DNA of 64,000 nt from Eledone cirrhosa (GCA_964016885.1 OZ024743.1:306776001-306840000); one strand, 5' to 3'; numbered from the stretch's first letter, positions 14,353 to 30,700 are shown. The notes: generated by a model from the letters alone, not told the origin. Made by a program: numbers and translations.

Positions 14353-16100
14353 CGACAACAACAACAACCAATACCATCACAACCACAACCAACACCACCA
14401 ACACCAACAACACCACCAACACAACCCACACCACCACCACCACCAACAACAACCAATACCATCACAACCACAACCACAACCAACACCACCAACACCACCA
14501 ACACAACCCACACCACCACCACCAACAACAACAACCAATATCATCACAACCACAACCAACACCATCAACAACACCAACAACAACACCACCAACACCACCA
14601 CCAACAACCAATACCATCACAACCACAACCAACACCACCAACACCAACAACACCACCAACACAACCCACACCACCACCACCACCAACAACAACCAATACC
14701 ATCACAACCACAACCACAACCAACACCACCAACACCACCGACACAACCCACACCACCACCACCAACAACAACAACCAATATCATCACAACCACAACCAAC
14801 ACCATCAACAACACCAACAACAACACCACCAACACCACCACCAACAACCAATACCATCACAACCACAACCAACACCACCAACACCAACAACACCACCAAC
14901 ACAACCCACACCACCACCAACAACAACAACCAATACCATCACAACCACAACCAACACCACCAACACCAACAACAACACCACCAACACCACCACTAACAAC
15001 AACAACCAATACCATCACAACCACAACCAACACCAACAACACCACCAACACAACCCACACCACCACCAACACAACCCACACCACCACCAAAAACAACAAC
15101 CAATACCATCACAACCAACACCACCAACACCATCAACCACTACCAACCACCAACACCACCAACACCACCAACACCAACAATACCACCAACACAACCCACA
15201 CCACCACCAACAACAACAACCAATACCATCACAACCAACACCAACAACACCAACAACACCACCAACACAACCCACACCACCACCAACAACAACAACCAAT
15301 ACCATCACAACCACAACCAACACCACCAACACCATCAACCACTACCAACCACCAACACCACCAACACCACCAACACCAACAATACCACCAACACAACCCA
15401 CACCACCACCAACAACAACAACCAATACCATCACAACCAACACCAACAACACCAACAACACCACCAACACAACCCACACCACCACCAACAACAACAACCA
15501 ATACCATCACAACCACAACCAACACCACCAACACCATCAACCACTACCAACACCACCAACACCACCAACACCACCAACACCACCAACACAACCCACACCA
15601 CCACCAACAACAACAACCAATACCATCACAACCACAACCAACACCAACAACACCAACAACACCACCAACACCACCAACACAACCCACACCACCACCAACA
15701 ACAACAACCAATACTATCACAACCACAACCAACACCACCAACACCAACAACACCACCAACAAAACCCACACCACCACCAAAAACGACAACCAATACCATC
15801 ACAACCACCAACCACCAACACCATCAACCACTACCAACCACCAACACCACCAACACCACCAACACCACCAACACCAACACCAACACCACCACCACCAACA
15901 ACAACAACAAATACCACCACTACCTAACATCACCACCAACCACCGACACCACCAACCACCGACACCACCAACTACCAACACCACCAACACCACCAACACC
16001 AACACCACTACCAAACACCACCACCAGCCACCACCAACCACCAACACCACCAACCACCACCAACAACAACAGCCACCATCACCACCACCATAACCAAGCA
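14353..16100. repeat. CAA/CAC-derived compound minisatellite with a 240-bp internal duplication
   Basis: Repeating ccaataccatcacaaccacaacc motif; identical ORFs recur at a 240-bp offset (14377/14617). Confidence 0.9.
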
Positions 16101-16481
16101 AGAGATCTTTCTACAGCCATGGGGTCAACAATAACCATACCGTACAACAAGCAGTCCTATGTTAAATTGCCAGCCCTACATTAACCATTAAGTACAATTA
16201 AACACGTGTTTAGGGCCGCAAGTAAAAAGAGATCCTATAAAGGTTTTTGTTTTTCTTTACTCCAGTGCAATGTTGTAGGAACCAGGACCCACAAAACAAT
16301 ATTTTCAGTGAGTTAGGGCCTCTGAATATCTTAGCAACTCCCTGAAACTTGCGATCTTCAGCTTGCCGGGTTACGAAACCCAGACCTGACAATGGTTTCA
16401 CCAGGTTCACACTGCAGGTCGTATGCCAGGCTAGGGGCTTACCATCACAGACCGAGAAGAGAGTCATATCCATCCCTACCA

Positions 16482-16665
16482 CAGTAGTTCCCAAAATGGG
16501 TGCCGCTGAACCGAAGGGTTCCGCAAAGGAGTGTGTGGGGTCTGTGAAAAAGGAGTATATTTATATTAAGACCATATGACAGTATTAGAATTTGGGGTTA
16601 GGGTTAGGGTTAAAAGTTTCTGAAACAAAAAGTGTTTCACGTTTCAAAAAGTTTGGGAAACTCTG
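16482..16665. mobile_element. hAT (Charlie/MER5-like) MITE
   Basis: Termini CAGTAGTTCCCAAA...TTTGGGAAACTCTG; perfect 8-bp TSD CCCTACCA (16474-16481, 16666-16673). Confidence 0.85.
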
Positions 16666-16689
16666 CCCTACCACCACGGAACTGTAGTG

Positions 16690-19300
16690 TTGTCATACCA
16701 TTCTCTACCACCACAGAAGGGTATATCTTACCATCCTCTACTACCACAGAAGGGTATGTCATACCATCCTCTACTACACAGAAGGGTATATCTTACCATC
16801 CTCTACCACCACAGAAGGGTATATTTTACCATCCTACCACCACAGAAGGGTATGTCTTACCATCCTCTACCACCACAGAATGGTATGTCATACCATCCTC
16901 TACCACCACAGAAGGGTATGCCATACCATCCTCTACCACCACAGAACGGTATGTCTTACCATCCTCTACCACCACGGAAGGGTATGTCTTACCATCCTCT
17001 ACCACCACAGAATGGTATGTCATACCATCCTCTACCACCACAGAAGGGTATGCCATACCATCCTCTACCACCACAGAAGGGTATGTCTTACCATCCTCTA
17101 CAAGCACAGAAGGGTATGTCATACCATCCACTACCACCACAGAAGGGTATGTCATACCATCCACTACCACCACAGAAGGGTATGTCATACCATCCTCTAC
17201 TACCACAGAAAGGTATGTCTTACCATCCTCTACCACCACAGAAGGATATGTCATACCATCCTCTACCACCACAGAACGGTATACCATACCATCCTCTACC
17301 ACCACAGAAGGGTATGTCTTACCATCCTCTACCACCACAGAAGGGTATGTCTTACCATCCTCTACCACCACAGAAGGGTATGGCTTACCATTCTCTACCA
17401 CCACAGAAGGGTATGTCTTACCATCCTCTACCACCACAGAATGGTATACCATACCATCTTCTACCACCACAGAAGGGTATGTCTTACCATCCCCTACAAC
17501 CACAGAACGGTATACCATACCATCCTCTACCACCACAGAACGGTATGTCTTACCATCCTCTACCACCATAGAAGGGTATGCCATACCATCCTCTACCACC
17601 ACAGAGGGGTATGTCTTACCATCCCCTACAACTACAGAACGGTATACCATACCATCCTCTACCACCACAGAACGGTATACCATACCATCCTATACCACCA
17701 CAGAAGGGTATGTCATACCATCCTCTACCACCACAGAAGGGTATGTCATACCATCCTCTACCACCACAGAACGGTATACCATACCATCCTATACCACCAC
17801 AGAAGGGTATGTTATACCATCCTCTACCACCACAGAACGGTATACCATACCATCCTCTACCACCACAGAACGGTTTGTCATACCATCCTCTACCACCACA
17901 GAAGGGTATGTCTTACCATCCTCTACCACCACAGAAGGGTATGTCATACCATCCTCTACCACCACAGAAGGATATGTCATACCATCCTCTACCACCACAG
18001 AAGGGTATGTCTTACCATCCTCTACCACCACAGAAGGGTATGTCCTACCATACTCTACCACCACAGAAGGGTATGTCTTACCATCCTCTACCACCACAGA
18101 ACGGTATACCATACCATCCTCTACCACCACAGAAGGGTATGTCTTACCATCCTCTACCACCACAGAACGGTATACCATACCATCCTCTACCACCACAGAA
18201 CGGTATACCATACCATCCTCTACCACCACAGAAGGGTATGTCTTACCATCCTCTACCACCACAGAAGGGTATGTCATACCATCCTCTACCACCACAGAAC
18301 GGTATACCATACCATCCTCTACCACCACAGAACGGTATACCATACCATCCTCTACCACCACAGAAGGGTATGTCTTACCATCCTCTACCACCACAGAAGG
18401 GTATGTCTTACCATCCTCTACCACCACAGAACGGTATACCATACCATCCTCTACCACCACAGAAGGGTATGTCTTACCATCGTCTACCACCACAGAAGGG
18501 TATGTCATACCATCCTCTACCACCACAGAAGGATATGTCATACCATCCTCTACCACCACAGAACGGTATATCTTACCATCCTCTACCACCACAGAACGGT
18601 ATACCATACCATCCTCTACCACCACGGAAGGGTATGTCTTACCATCCTCTACCACCACAGAAGAGTATATCTTACCATCCTCTACCACCACAGAACGGTA
18701 TACCATACCATCATCTACCACCACAGAAGGGTATGTCTTACCATCCTCTACCACCACAGAAGGGTATGTCCTACCATACTCTACCACCACAGAAGGGTAT
18801 GTCTTACCATCCTCTACCACCACAGAAGGGTATATCTTACCATCCTCTACCACCACAGAACGGTATACCATACCATCCTCTACCACCACAGAAGGGTATG
18901 TCTTACCATCCTCTACCACCACAGAAGGGTATGTCCTACCATACTCTACCACCACAGAAGGGTATGTCTTACCATCCTCTACCACCACAGAAGGGTATAT
19001 CTACCATCCTCTACCACCACAGAAGGGTATGTCTTACCATCCTCTACCACCACAGAAGGGTATACCTTACCATCCTCTACCACCACAGAACGGTATACCA
19101 TACCATCCTCTACCACCACAGAAGGGTATGTCTTACCATCCCTACCACCGCAGAAGGGTATGTCTTACCACCCTCTACCACCGCAGAAGGGTATGTCTTA
19201 CCATCCTCTACCACCACAGAACCATGTGTCACACCATCCCCTAACACAACACAACGCTAAGGTTGCCATACAATTCACTACCACCACAGAACGGTGAGTG
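16690..19300. repeat. 33-bp minisatellite (ACCATCCTCTACCACCACAGAAGGGTATGTCTT), ~78 copies
   Basis: Direct periodicity; open in all three + frames, so the ORFs are not evidence of coding. Confidence 0.95.
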
Positions 19301-19547
19301 TGTCGTAACATCCTTACCACCACATAACAGTGTGTCAAACCATCCCTACCACTACAGAACTGTAAAATTGGCATACCATCTAGACCCCTACCATCCCCTT
19401 GTCTTAACCCCGTCTCTTCCAGCAGATATGGCAATCCAGCCTCGCCCACCACTTCAATCTAGCTTCACTCATCACTAGCAACACCACCACAAACTGCTCA
19501 CTGTTCCTAAAAGCCAATGAGGGAACATATACATGGTTCTTGGACCT

Positions 19548-19975
19548 GCTAGAAATAACAGCCAAATCGTGCTCGAATCACACTTTACTGCCGAGCTAAA
19601 AACAATAGCGAACTCTCCCTCAAATCCCACTCTACTGCAGAGCTAGAAGCAGCAACCAAATCTCCCTCAAATCTCACTTTACAACAGAGCTAGAAATAAC
19701 AGCCAAATCTCCCCCAAAACACAGTCTACTGCAGAGCTAGAAACACCAGCCAAATCTCCTTCAAATCATACTCTACAGCAGAGCTAGAAACAGCAGCCAA
19801 ATTCCCCTCAAACCATACTCTACAGCAGAGCTAGAAATAGCAGCCAAATCTCCCTCAAATCACATTCTGCTGCAAAGCTAGAAATAGCAGCCAAATCTCC
19901 CTCAAATCACATTCTGCTGCAAAGCTAGAAATAGCAGCCAAATCTCCCTCAAATCACATTCTACTGCAAAGCTAA
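19548..19975. repeat. 47-bp tandem repeat, ~9 diverged copies
   Basis: GCTAGAAATAGCAGCCAAATCTCCCTCAAATCACATTCTGCTGCAAA at 19830, 19877, 19924. Confidence 0.9.
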
Positions 19976-20794
19976 CTTTCCAAAGTTTTCACATTGGCGG
20001 CACACTTTAACAAAAGCAAATATTTCATAACAAATTAAGTTTTGTTACTGACACGAAATAACGGATTCAAAAAGTAATCAATTATTTTTTTGTTATTTGT
20101 TATTTGCAGCGGGTGTCACTGGCCGTTCTCCATGACAATGCCTCGGCCATTTTGTTCAGAAGAGACAGCTGAGAGATTCCACTCAGACTGAGGTGTAGAG
20201 TATGTCATCCCCTTACCCGCTTCCCTTCCTTTCGTTGTTTAATTTCTTCTTTCATTTTATTTCTTTTCTTCTATTATTCCTTTCCTTATTGCTTTGTATA
20301 AATATTTCTGTAAATAAAGAATTATTTAGTGTGAATTAATATCTAAGTCATTAACTATGACAGAAGGGGACATTAAATGATGATAATGAGGTCATTTGTC
20401 ACGTGACTAACTGTGCGCAGAGTTGTCAAATCTCAAATATATAATTTCGGTTCCCAAATAACGGGAGGGGTGGATTTGCGGGGGAGTTGGAATAAGCAGA
20501 GGGGTGGGGAATCAGTAATTTTTCTAGGTTGTTCCCGTTGATTTTTTTTTTAAATCAGAATTAGTCGTTGAGTTTACACATTGAGACCCCAACTCAACCT
20601 GTTTATTTTTATAACGTATGGGATTTCTACTAATGTACTTGTATAATGTTTTTTTAATGTATAAAGAAAATTAATTGTCGCAGAAATGCTTAAAATAAAA
20701 TTTCGCCGGAGATAGATTAGGAAAATTTAATAAGCGGGGTGAGGGAACAAGAGCGGTGGGTGGTGGAAAGAATCCAGCCCATCTATTGAGTAAG

Positions 20795-21862
20795 TCTGTC
20801 TACAGGAGACAGATAAGATTATGAGTTGGGAAGGAACTCCTTGAAAAATACTCCCTGCTTGATAATCAAAAACTCACACCCAAGGAAATTGCTAAGCAAT
20901 ACCGCAGTGAATATATGGATGAAAAACTACATGTTTATCAGCAAAAAATCAGAGTGAGAGTAATATAGATAAAGAAAGTAGTCTATCTTGGACCAACAAC
21001 CGCTCTATTGGCTCCCACTTTGAAGGATACGCTTTTGCAATCCAAGGACAGGAAATCAATACAAAATACCCGATTCACAAAAGAGATAGGGATGCAGGTT
21101 AAACACCTAGATGTGACAACAAATGCAGACTGTCTCACATCTATTAAGCAGCTGTCCAAAGATGTCATCACAGTACTATCTACCTATAAGGCATGATGTA
21201 CTGACCAAAACACTATACAGTGCAATCTTTAGAAAAGATAGCCCCTATAATAAACGCATTAAAAGTTACAGCAATGTGGCAGGCATACATATACATAATA
21301 TTAAAGAGTACTAGTGGAATGTTCCAGTCAAAACTCCAATAAAATGCAAGCATAACTGATCAGATATAATGATATGGGACAGAGCAAAAAAAGGCATGCA
21401 CAGTAGTGGAAGTTAGCTGCCCAGCAGATGCCAATATAATATTAAAGATTAGCGAAAAGGAGAATATCTACGCAGAACTAAGGAGGAATTTGCAGATACT
21501 CCACCCTGACTATACCTTCAGATTTATACCTGTGGTTATTAGGGCAATTGGATATTTTACTAACTGCCTCAGTACAAATCTTGAGCAGCTTGGCTTCACA
21601 GAACCAGAAAGTATAAGTAATAACTGCATATACACATGTACAGATACAAAACATATGTACATGCACACATATAACTCAAAACATACAGATCCACACATAC
21701 AGTAACATCCATACCTGCACTCACTCACACACGCGCGCATGCAGACATGCATATATATCTACCTAGTTGATGTTATCTAAATTCCAATGAAAGGATCTTG
21801 TGTCTATGTTAGAAACTGACTCTCTATTGGTAAACATTTATAACATTTTAAAACCAGAAGAA
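20795..21862 (+). mobile_element. Decayed 3' end of an R4/Dong-like non-LTR retrotransposon (restriction-like endonuclease)
   Basis: Frameshifted translation: HLLSSCPKMSSQYYLPIRHDVL..WNVPVKT..HN*SDIMIWDR..VVEVSCPAD..KENIYAEL..FIPVVI (RHD, PD-like, E and K motifs of RLE). Confidence 0.8.
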
Positions 21863-22369
21863 CATAAACAACCTCCAAAAACACCAGCAACGACACCACC
21901 ACAACCCTCATCACCGCCATCACTATCACCACGACCACAGCCACCACAACCACCACGACCACAACGCTCACCACAACCGCTGCCACCACCACCACCAATA
22001 CCACCACCACCGCCAACACCACCGCCACGACCACGACGCTCACCACAACTGTTGCCACCACCACCACCACCACCACCAATACCACCACCACCATCATCAC
22101 CGCCAACACCACCAACACCAACACCAACACCACCACCACCAATACAATAATCACCACTACAGAGTTGATATTGATCTAACCCAATCACATACCAACACGT
22201 CACGCGTCATCAGTCACTCAGGCCTCACTCTCCACACAAAGAAACCACACTTTACAATCGCCTCGCCTGAAACAAAGCTTCCTTGAGCAAGTTTATCTGT
22301 TCCATATGACTAATGATGAGATTTCATAAACACCTTATAAAATTACACACACATACATATGTACGTGTA

Positions 22370-22466
<97 letters not shown>

Positions 22467-22482
22467 ATATATATAAATATAT

Positions 22483-22538
<56 letters not shown>

Positions 22539-23235
22539 AAGAGCGACAAAAAGAGGTAGATAATTAAAAAGTTAGCGAGAGAGAGTGAAAGAGAGAGAGA
22601 GGGAGGGAGAGAGAGAGAGAGATACATATTTAGAGAGAGGGGGAGCTGTGTGGTTAGATTGATTGATAATATTCGCAGGAAAACATTCAGCATACATAAA
22701 CCCAAACATATACATATACTAATGCATACATGGTTATATAGATACACACATACATAATACATGGATGTATACACGCATATATACAGAGATACACGCGAAC
22801 ATACACACAGAGATACACGCGAACATACACAGATATATGCAAACATATATACATACATATATAACATACATATATACATACATATTTGTATGCATAGAAG
22901 TATACTTACACAGATACAGACGTACATACATGTATACATGCATGAATTGCTGAAAATATATTGTAGGAAATATATATACATGGGTGGATAAACGCACACA
23001 CAACACACACACACAAAGGTTTAAACCCACGTACACTAATACACACAGACATACACACACATACATACACACACTAATACAGACAGACACACACACACTT
23101 ACACACACATACATACACACACTTACACACACACAGACATACACACAAAACACATCTGAGTGGGTGTATATATGGGTGAATGGTTTTATAACGCTATATC
23201 CAGCGAATTTTGTGTGCTCTCGGCAAATGTGGATT

Positions 23236-23272
<37 letters not shown>

Positions 23273-23355
23273 GTATGTATATATATATATATGTGTGTGT
23301 GTATGTCTGTATGTATTTATGCATTTATATATATGCATATATATATTACATATAA

Positions 23356-23413
<58 letters not shown>

Positions 23414-23414
23414 A

Positions 23415-23481
<67 letters not shown>

Positions 23482-23640
23482 TATGTATGTATGTATATAT
23501 ATATATATATATATATACATACATACATAACACAGACACATGCGCATATTTCTGTGCGCTGAAGTAATTGTTTGCAGATATACAGGGTGATGTGCGCATG
23601 TGTTTGTGTATGTGTGTTTGTGTGACGGTGTACATGTGTG

Positions 23641-23681
<41 letters not shown>

Positions 23682-24449
23682 CCTTAAGAAGAGCATCCTT
23701 TATCTCGGTGAATGGGAGTTTATTGCTTCAAAGGAACCTACACTGTACCACCACAACCATCATCAACCCCACTACCATTACCACTTCTCTGGCAATTTGA
23801 ATAACAACAATACGCAACTACACAACCAGCCATATATCATCCCACTGACGATTTCAGCGCCACCACCATCACCGTCACCATCATCACCCCATCACCATTA
23901 CCACTTCTACCACCACTACCACTACTACAACCACAAACTACCACAGCAAGCACCAACAATCACAATAACTATGACTGCAACCACAACAACTACCACAAAC
24001 ACCATGACACCTACCACTACCATCAACACCAACAATGACCAACAACCACCACAACAACCACAAACTACCACCACAACAACTACAAACTACCAGCACAACA
24101 ACCACAAACTACCACCACAACAACTACCACAAACACCATGACACCTACCACTACCATCAACACCAACAACCACCAACAACCACCACAACAACCACAAACT
24201 ACCAGCACAACAACCACAAACTACCACCACAACAACTACCACAAACACCATGACACCTACCACTACCATCACCACCAACAACCACCAACAACCACCACAA
24301 CAACCACAAACTACCACCACAACAACCACAAACTACCAGCACAACAACCACAAACTACCACCACAACAACTACCACAAACACCATGACACCTACCACTAC
24401 CATCAACACCAACAACCACCAACTACCACCACAACAACCACAAACTACC

Positions 24450-25745
24450 ACCACAACTAGCACAGCAGCCAACACCACAACCACCAACTACCACCACAAC
24501 AACCACAAACTACCACCACAACTAGCACAGCAGCCAACACCACAACCACCAACAACCACCATAACAACCACAAACTACCGCCACAACTAGCACAGCAGCC
24601 AGCACACCAACAATGACCAACAACCACCACAACAACCACAAACTACCGCCACAACTAGCACAGCAGCCAACACCACAACCACCAACAACCACCATAACAA
24701 CCACAAACTACCGCCACAACTAGCACAGCAGCCAACACCACAACCACCAACAACCACCACAACAACCACAAACTACCACCACAACTAGCACAGCAGCCAA
24801 CACCACAACCACCAACAACCACCACAACAACCACAAACTACCACCACAACTAGCACAGCAGCCAACACCACAACCACCAACAACCACCACAACAACCACA
24901 AACTACCACCACAACTAGCACAGCAGCCAACACCACAACCACCAACAACCACCACAACAACCACAAACTACCACCACAACTAGCACAGCAGCCAACACCA
25001 CAACCACCAACAACCACCACAACAACCACAGACTACCGCCACAACTAGCACAGCAGCCAACACCACAATCACCAAAAACCACCATAACAACCACAAACTA
25101 CCGCCACAACTAGCACAGCAGCCAACACCACAATCACCCAAAACCACCATAACAACCACAAACTACCACCACAACTAGCACAGCAGCCAACACCACAACC
25201 ACCAAAAACCACCATAACAACCACAAACTACCGCCACAACTAGCACAGCAGCCAACACCACAACCACCAAAAACCACCACAACAACCACAAACTACCGCC
25301 ACAACTAGCACAGCAGCCAACACCACAACCACCAACAACCACCACAACAACCACAAACTACCGCCACAACTAGCACAGCAGCCAACACCACAACCACCAA
25401 AAACCACCATAACAACCACAAACTACCACCACAACTAGCACAGCAGCCAGCACCACAACCACCAACAACCACCACAACAACCACAAACTACCGCCACAAC
25501 TAGCACAGCAGCCAGCACAACAACCACAAACTATCACCACAACAACCACAAACTACCGCCACAACTAGCACAGCAGCCAACACCACAACCACCAACAACC
25601 ACCACAACAACCACAAACTACCACCACAACTAGCACAGCAGCCAGCACCACAACCACCAACAACCACCACAACAACCACAAACTACCGCCACAACTAGCA
25701 CAGCAGCCAGCACCACAACCACCAACAACCACCACAACAACCACA
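24450..25745. repeat. 65-bp minisatellite, ~20 copies
   Basis: CACAACTAGCACAGCAGCCAACACC.. recurs every 65 bp. Confidence 0.93.
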
Positions 25746-25950
25746 AACTACCACAGCAAGCACCACCACAACCACTACAACAACCATGATACCTACCACC
25801 ACCACAACCACCACAAAAATTATAACTACCACAATATAACCATCACCACTAATAACCACAACAACCACCACAACGACCAACAACAACAACAACAACACCT
25901 CGACCACCAAACAACAACCATCACCACCAACAACACCGCAACATCACGTT

Positions 25951-27030
25951 AATAATTGTTTCTACTTTTGGCACAAGGCCAGCAATTATTCCAGTGTATT
26001 ACTGATACTTTATTTCATCGTGCTCGTAAGGATGAAAGGCAATGTTAACCTCGACGGGATTTGAACTCAGATAGTAAAAGGACGTAGTTATGCTGGAAAC
26101 ATGGCGTCCGACCCTCTACGGATACTGCCTACTACCGAGACAAACGACGACAGAAATGTCTAAGCAGTCGCTGGAATTGGTTAAAATAGCGGTTAAATAA
26201 TGATTTCTGATTCAGGCACAAGGCCAACAATTCTCGGGAAGAGAAAGTTGATTAAATCGACCCAGTGTGTTACTCGTACTTTATTTTATCGACCCCCGTA
26301 AAGATGAAAGGCAAAGTTAACCTCAGCTGAATTTGAACTCAGAACGCAAAGAGCCGTAACTCTATCCCACAAAACATGCTGTCCGACGCTCTACCGATAC
26401 TTCTAATCTTAAATAATTGTTTCTACTTTTGGCACAAGGTCAGCAATTATGCCAATGTATTACTGGTGCTTTATTTTATCGATCCCCGTAAAGATGAAAG
26501 GCAAAGTTAACCTCGGCGGGATTTGACACAGTCGTGAGAGTAAGATAAAATGCGTTGTGGTATTCGTTTCGGCTCTCTGCTGTCTGAGTTCAAATCCCCC
26601 GTGGTCAATTTTGTCTTTCATTCAATCGTGGTTGATAAAAAAAAGTACCTGTCAAGTGCGGATTTCGATTCTTCCTCTATATCTCTTTCTCGCTTTCTCT
26701 CTCTCAGTGTCTGCTCTTCTCTGGAAGAAATCTGTTGTGTTCAGACTTGGAGAGGAGATGTGATCTGCCAGGTTTTAAAAAATGTCCTAGAAACGCCGTA
26801 TATCAACATGGCGTCCCTACGACTCCCTCAGATGTTACAGGTTAATTAGTAGTAATAGTAGCTATATAATTGTTTCTACTTTTATCCCAGTGTATTACTG
26901 GTACTTTATTTTATCGACCCCGTAAGGATGAAAGGCAAAGTTAAACTCGGTGGGATTTGAACTCAGAATGGCAAGGGCCGTAACTCTATGCGTCAAAGCA
27001 TGGCGTCCGACCCTCTACTGATACTGCCAA
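25951..27030 (-). mobile_element. Cluster of SINE copies (25951-26130, 26196-26405, 26413-26526, 26866-27030 on -; an older copy at ~26535-26655 on +)
   Basis: Same core and B-box as the 6164 SINE. Confidence 0.85.
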
Positions 27031-27759
27031 TCTACCATAATATTCCCCCAGCCGTCACTGCATTGGTCACAATTGAAATATCTTTAATCATATGTTCTCC
27101 AAATAATAGTCGACCTGGGGCTAAACAACAACGACGACAACGCCGCGCTACCACCATCACCACCTCCCCCTTAACCACCACCAACACCACCAACAACATC
27201 CACCACCACCAAAACCACTATCATCACTACCACCATCACCCCACCACCATATTATGTTTTGTTTTTATAATTGACTAATGAAAAGATATGACCATATTTT
27301 CTATACGGAGCCCTGTTTTCACCGCCACACACCATTACCAGCTGTGCCGTGACCCTACCATAACTACTACTACTACTACTATCACCACTAATAAGACTAC
27401 AACCACTTCCGCTACAACAACCATTACCTCCACCACCACTACCACAACCACTACCAGCACTGCTATCAACATCGCTCCCACAACCACAACAATACCGCAA
27501 CCACTATCACAACTACTACTACTAATACTACTACCACTACCACCACAACCACTACCACTACCACAAATTCTACCGCAACCGCCACTACAACTATTACCAC
27601 CACCGCTACCACAACCACTACCCCTACCACAATCTCTACCACAACCGCTACTACAGCCATTACCACCACCACTACCACAACCACTACCACCACCGCTATC
27701 AACACTGCTACCACAACCACTACTAATACCACAAACACAACCATTACCACTACCACCAC

Positions 27760-30700
27760 CGCTACTACAACCACTACCACCACCGCTATTACAACCACTA
27801 CCAGCACTGCTACTACAACCACTACCACCACCGCTATTACAACCACTACCAGCACTGCTACTACAACCACTACCAGCACTGCTACTACAACCACTACCAC
27901 CACTGCTATTACAACCACTACCAGCACTGCTACTACAACCACTACCAGCACTGCTACTACAACCACTACCACCACTGCTACTACAACCACTACCACCACC
28001 GCTATTGCAACCACTACCAGCACTGCTACTACAACCACTACCAGCACTGCTACTACAACCACTACCACCACCGCTACTACAACCACTACCAGCACTGCTA
28101 CTACAACCACTACCACCACCGCTATTACAACCACTACCAGCACTGCTACTACAACCACTACCAGCACTGCTACTACAAGCACTACCACCACCGCTATTAC
28201 AACCACTACCAGCACTGCTACTACAACCACTACCACCACCGCTATTACAACCACTACCAGCACTGCTACTACAACCACTACCACCACCGCTATTACAACC
28301 ACTACCAGCACTGCTACTACAACCACTACCACCACCGCTATTACAACCACTACCAGCACTGCTACTACAACCACTACCACCACCGCTATTACAACCACTA
28401 CCAGCACTGCTACTACAACCACTACCACCACCGCTATTACAACCACTACCAGCACTGCTACTACAACCACTACCAGCACTGCTACTACAACCACTACCAC
28501 CACCGCTATTACAACCACTACCAGCACTGCTACTACAACCACTACCACCACCGCTATTACAACCACTACCAGCACTGCTACTACAACCACTACCACCACC
28601 GCTATTACAACCACTACCACCACCGCTATTACAACCACTACCAGCACTGCTACTACAACCACTACCAGCACTGCTACTACAACCACTACCAGCACTGCTA
28701 TTACAACCACTACCAGCACTGCTACTACAACCACTACCAGCACTGCTACTACAACCACTACCACCACCGCTATTACAACCACTACCAGCACTGCTACTAC
28801 AACCACTACCAGCACTGCTACTACAACCACTACCACCACCGCTATTACAACCACTACCAGCACTGCTACTACAACCACTACCACCACCGCTATTACAACC
28901 ACTACCAGCACTGCTACTACAACCACTACCACCACCGCTATTACAACCACTACCAGCACTGCTACTACAACCACTACCACCACCGCTATTACAACCACTA
29001 CCACCACCGCTATTACAACCACTACCATCACCGCTACTACAACCACTACCACCACCGCTATTACAACCACTACCACCACCGCTATTACAACCACTACCAG
29101 CACTGCTACTACAACCACTACCACCACCGCTATTACAACCACTACCAGCACTGCTACTACAACCACTACCACCACCGCTATTACAACCACTACCAGCACT
29201 GCTACTACAACCACTACCACCACTGCTACTACAACCACTACCACCACCGCTATTACAACCACTACCAGCACTGCTACTACAACCACTACCACCACCGCTA
29301 TTACAACCACTACCAGCACTGCTACTACAACCACTACCAGCACTGCTACTACAACCACTACCACCACCGCTATTACAACCACTACCAGCACTGCTACTAC
29401 AACCACTACCAGCACTGCTACTACAACCACTACCACCACCGCTATTACAACCACTACCAGCACTGCTACTACAACCACTACCACCACCGCTATTACAACC
29501 ACTACCAGCACTGCTACTACAACCACTACCACCACCGCTATTACAACCACTACCACCACCGCTATTACAACCACTACCAGCACTGCTACTACAACCACTA
29601 CCAGCACTGCTACTACAACCACTACCAGCACTGCTATTACAACCACTACCAGCACTGCTACTACAACCACTACCAGCACTGCTACTACAACCACTACCAC
29701 CACCGCTATTACAACCACTACCAGCACTGCTACTACAACCACTACCAGCACTGCTACTACAACCACTACCACCACCGCTATTACAACCACTACCAGCACT
29801 GCTACTACAACCACTACCACCACCGCTATTACAACCACTACCAGCACTGCTACTACAACCACTACCACCACCGCTATTACAACCACTACCACCACCGCTA
29901 CTACAACCACTACCAGCACCGCTATTACAACCACTACCAGCACTGCTACTACAACCACTACCAGCACTGCTACTACAACCACTACCACCACCGCTATTAC
30001 AACCACTACCACCACCGCTACTACAACCACTACCACCACCGCTATTACAACCACTACCAGCACTGCTACTACAACCACTACCAGCACTGCTACTACAACC
30101 ACTACCACCACCGCTATTACAACCACTACCAGCACTGCTACTACAACCACTACCAGCACTGCTACTACAACCACTACCACCACCGCTATTACAACCACTA
30201 CCAGCACTGCTACTACAACCACTACCACCACCGCTACTACAACCACTACCACCACCGCTATTACAACCACTACCAGCACTGCTACTACAACCACTACCAC
30301 CACCGCTACTACAACCACTACCACCACCGCTATTACAACCACTACCAGCACTGCTACTACAACCACTACCACCACCGCTATTACAACCACTACCAGCACT
30401 GCTACTACAACCACTACCACCACCGCTATTACAACCACTACCAGCACTGCTACTACAACCACTACCACCACCGCTATTACAACCACTACCACCACCGCTA
30501 TTACAACCACTACCAGCACTGCTACTACAACCACTACCACCACCGCTATTACAACCACTACCAGCACTGCTACTACAACCACTACCACCACCGCTATTAC
30601 AACCACTACCACCACCGCTATTACAACCACTACCAGCACTGCTACTACAACCACTACCACCACCGCTATTACAACCACTACCAGCACTGCTACTACAACC

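Noticed and set aside
16632-19297. 870-aa mucin-like ORF (PSSTTTEGYVL)n and overlapping ORFs
   Set aside because: 33-bp repeat open in several frames on both strands, with frameshifting indels; the ORF starts inside a MITE and has no signal peptide or unique domain
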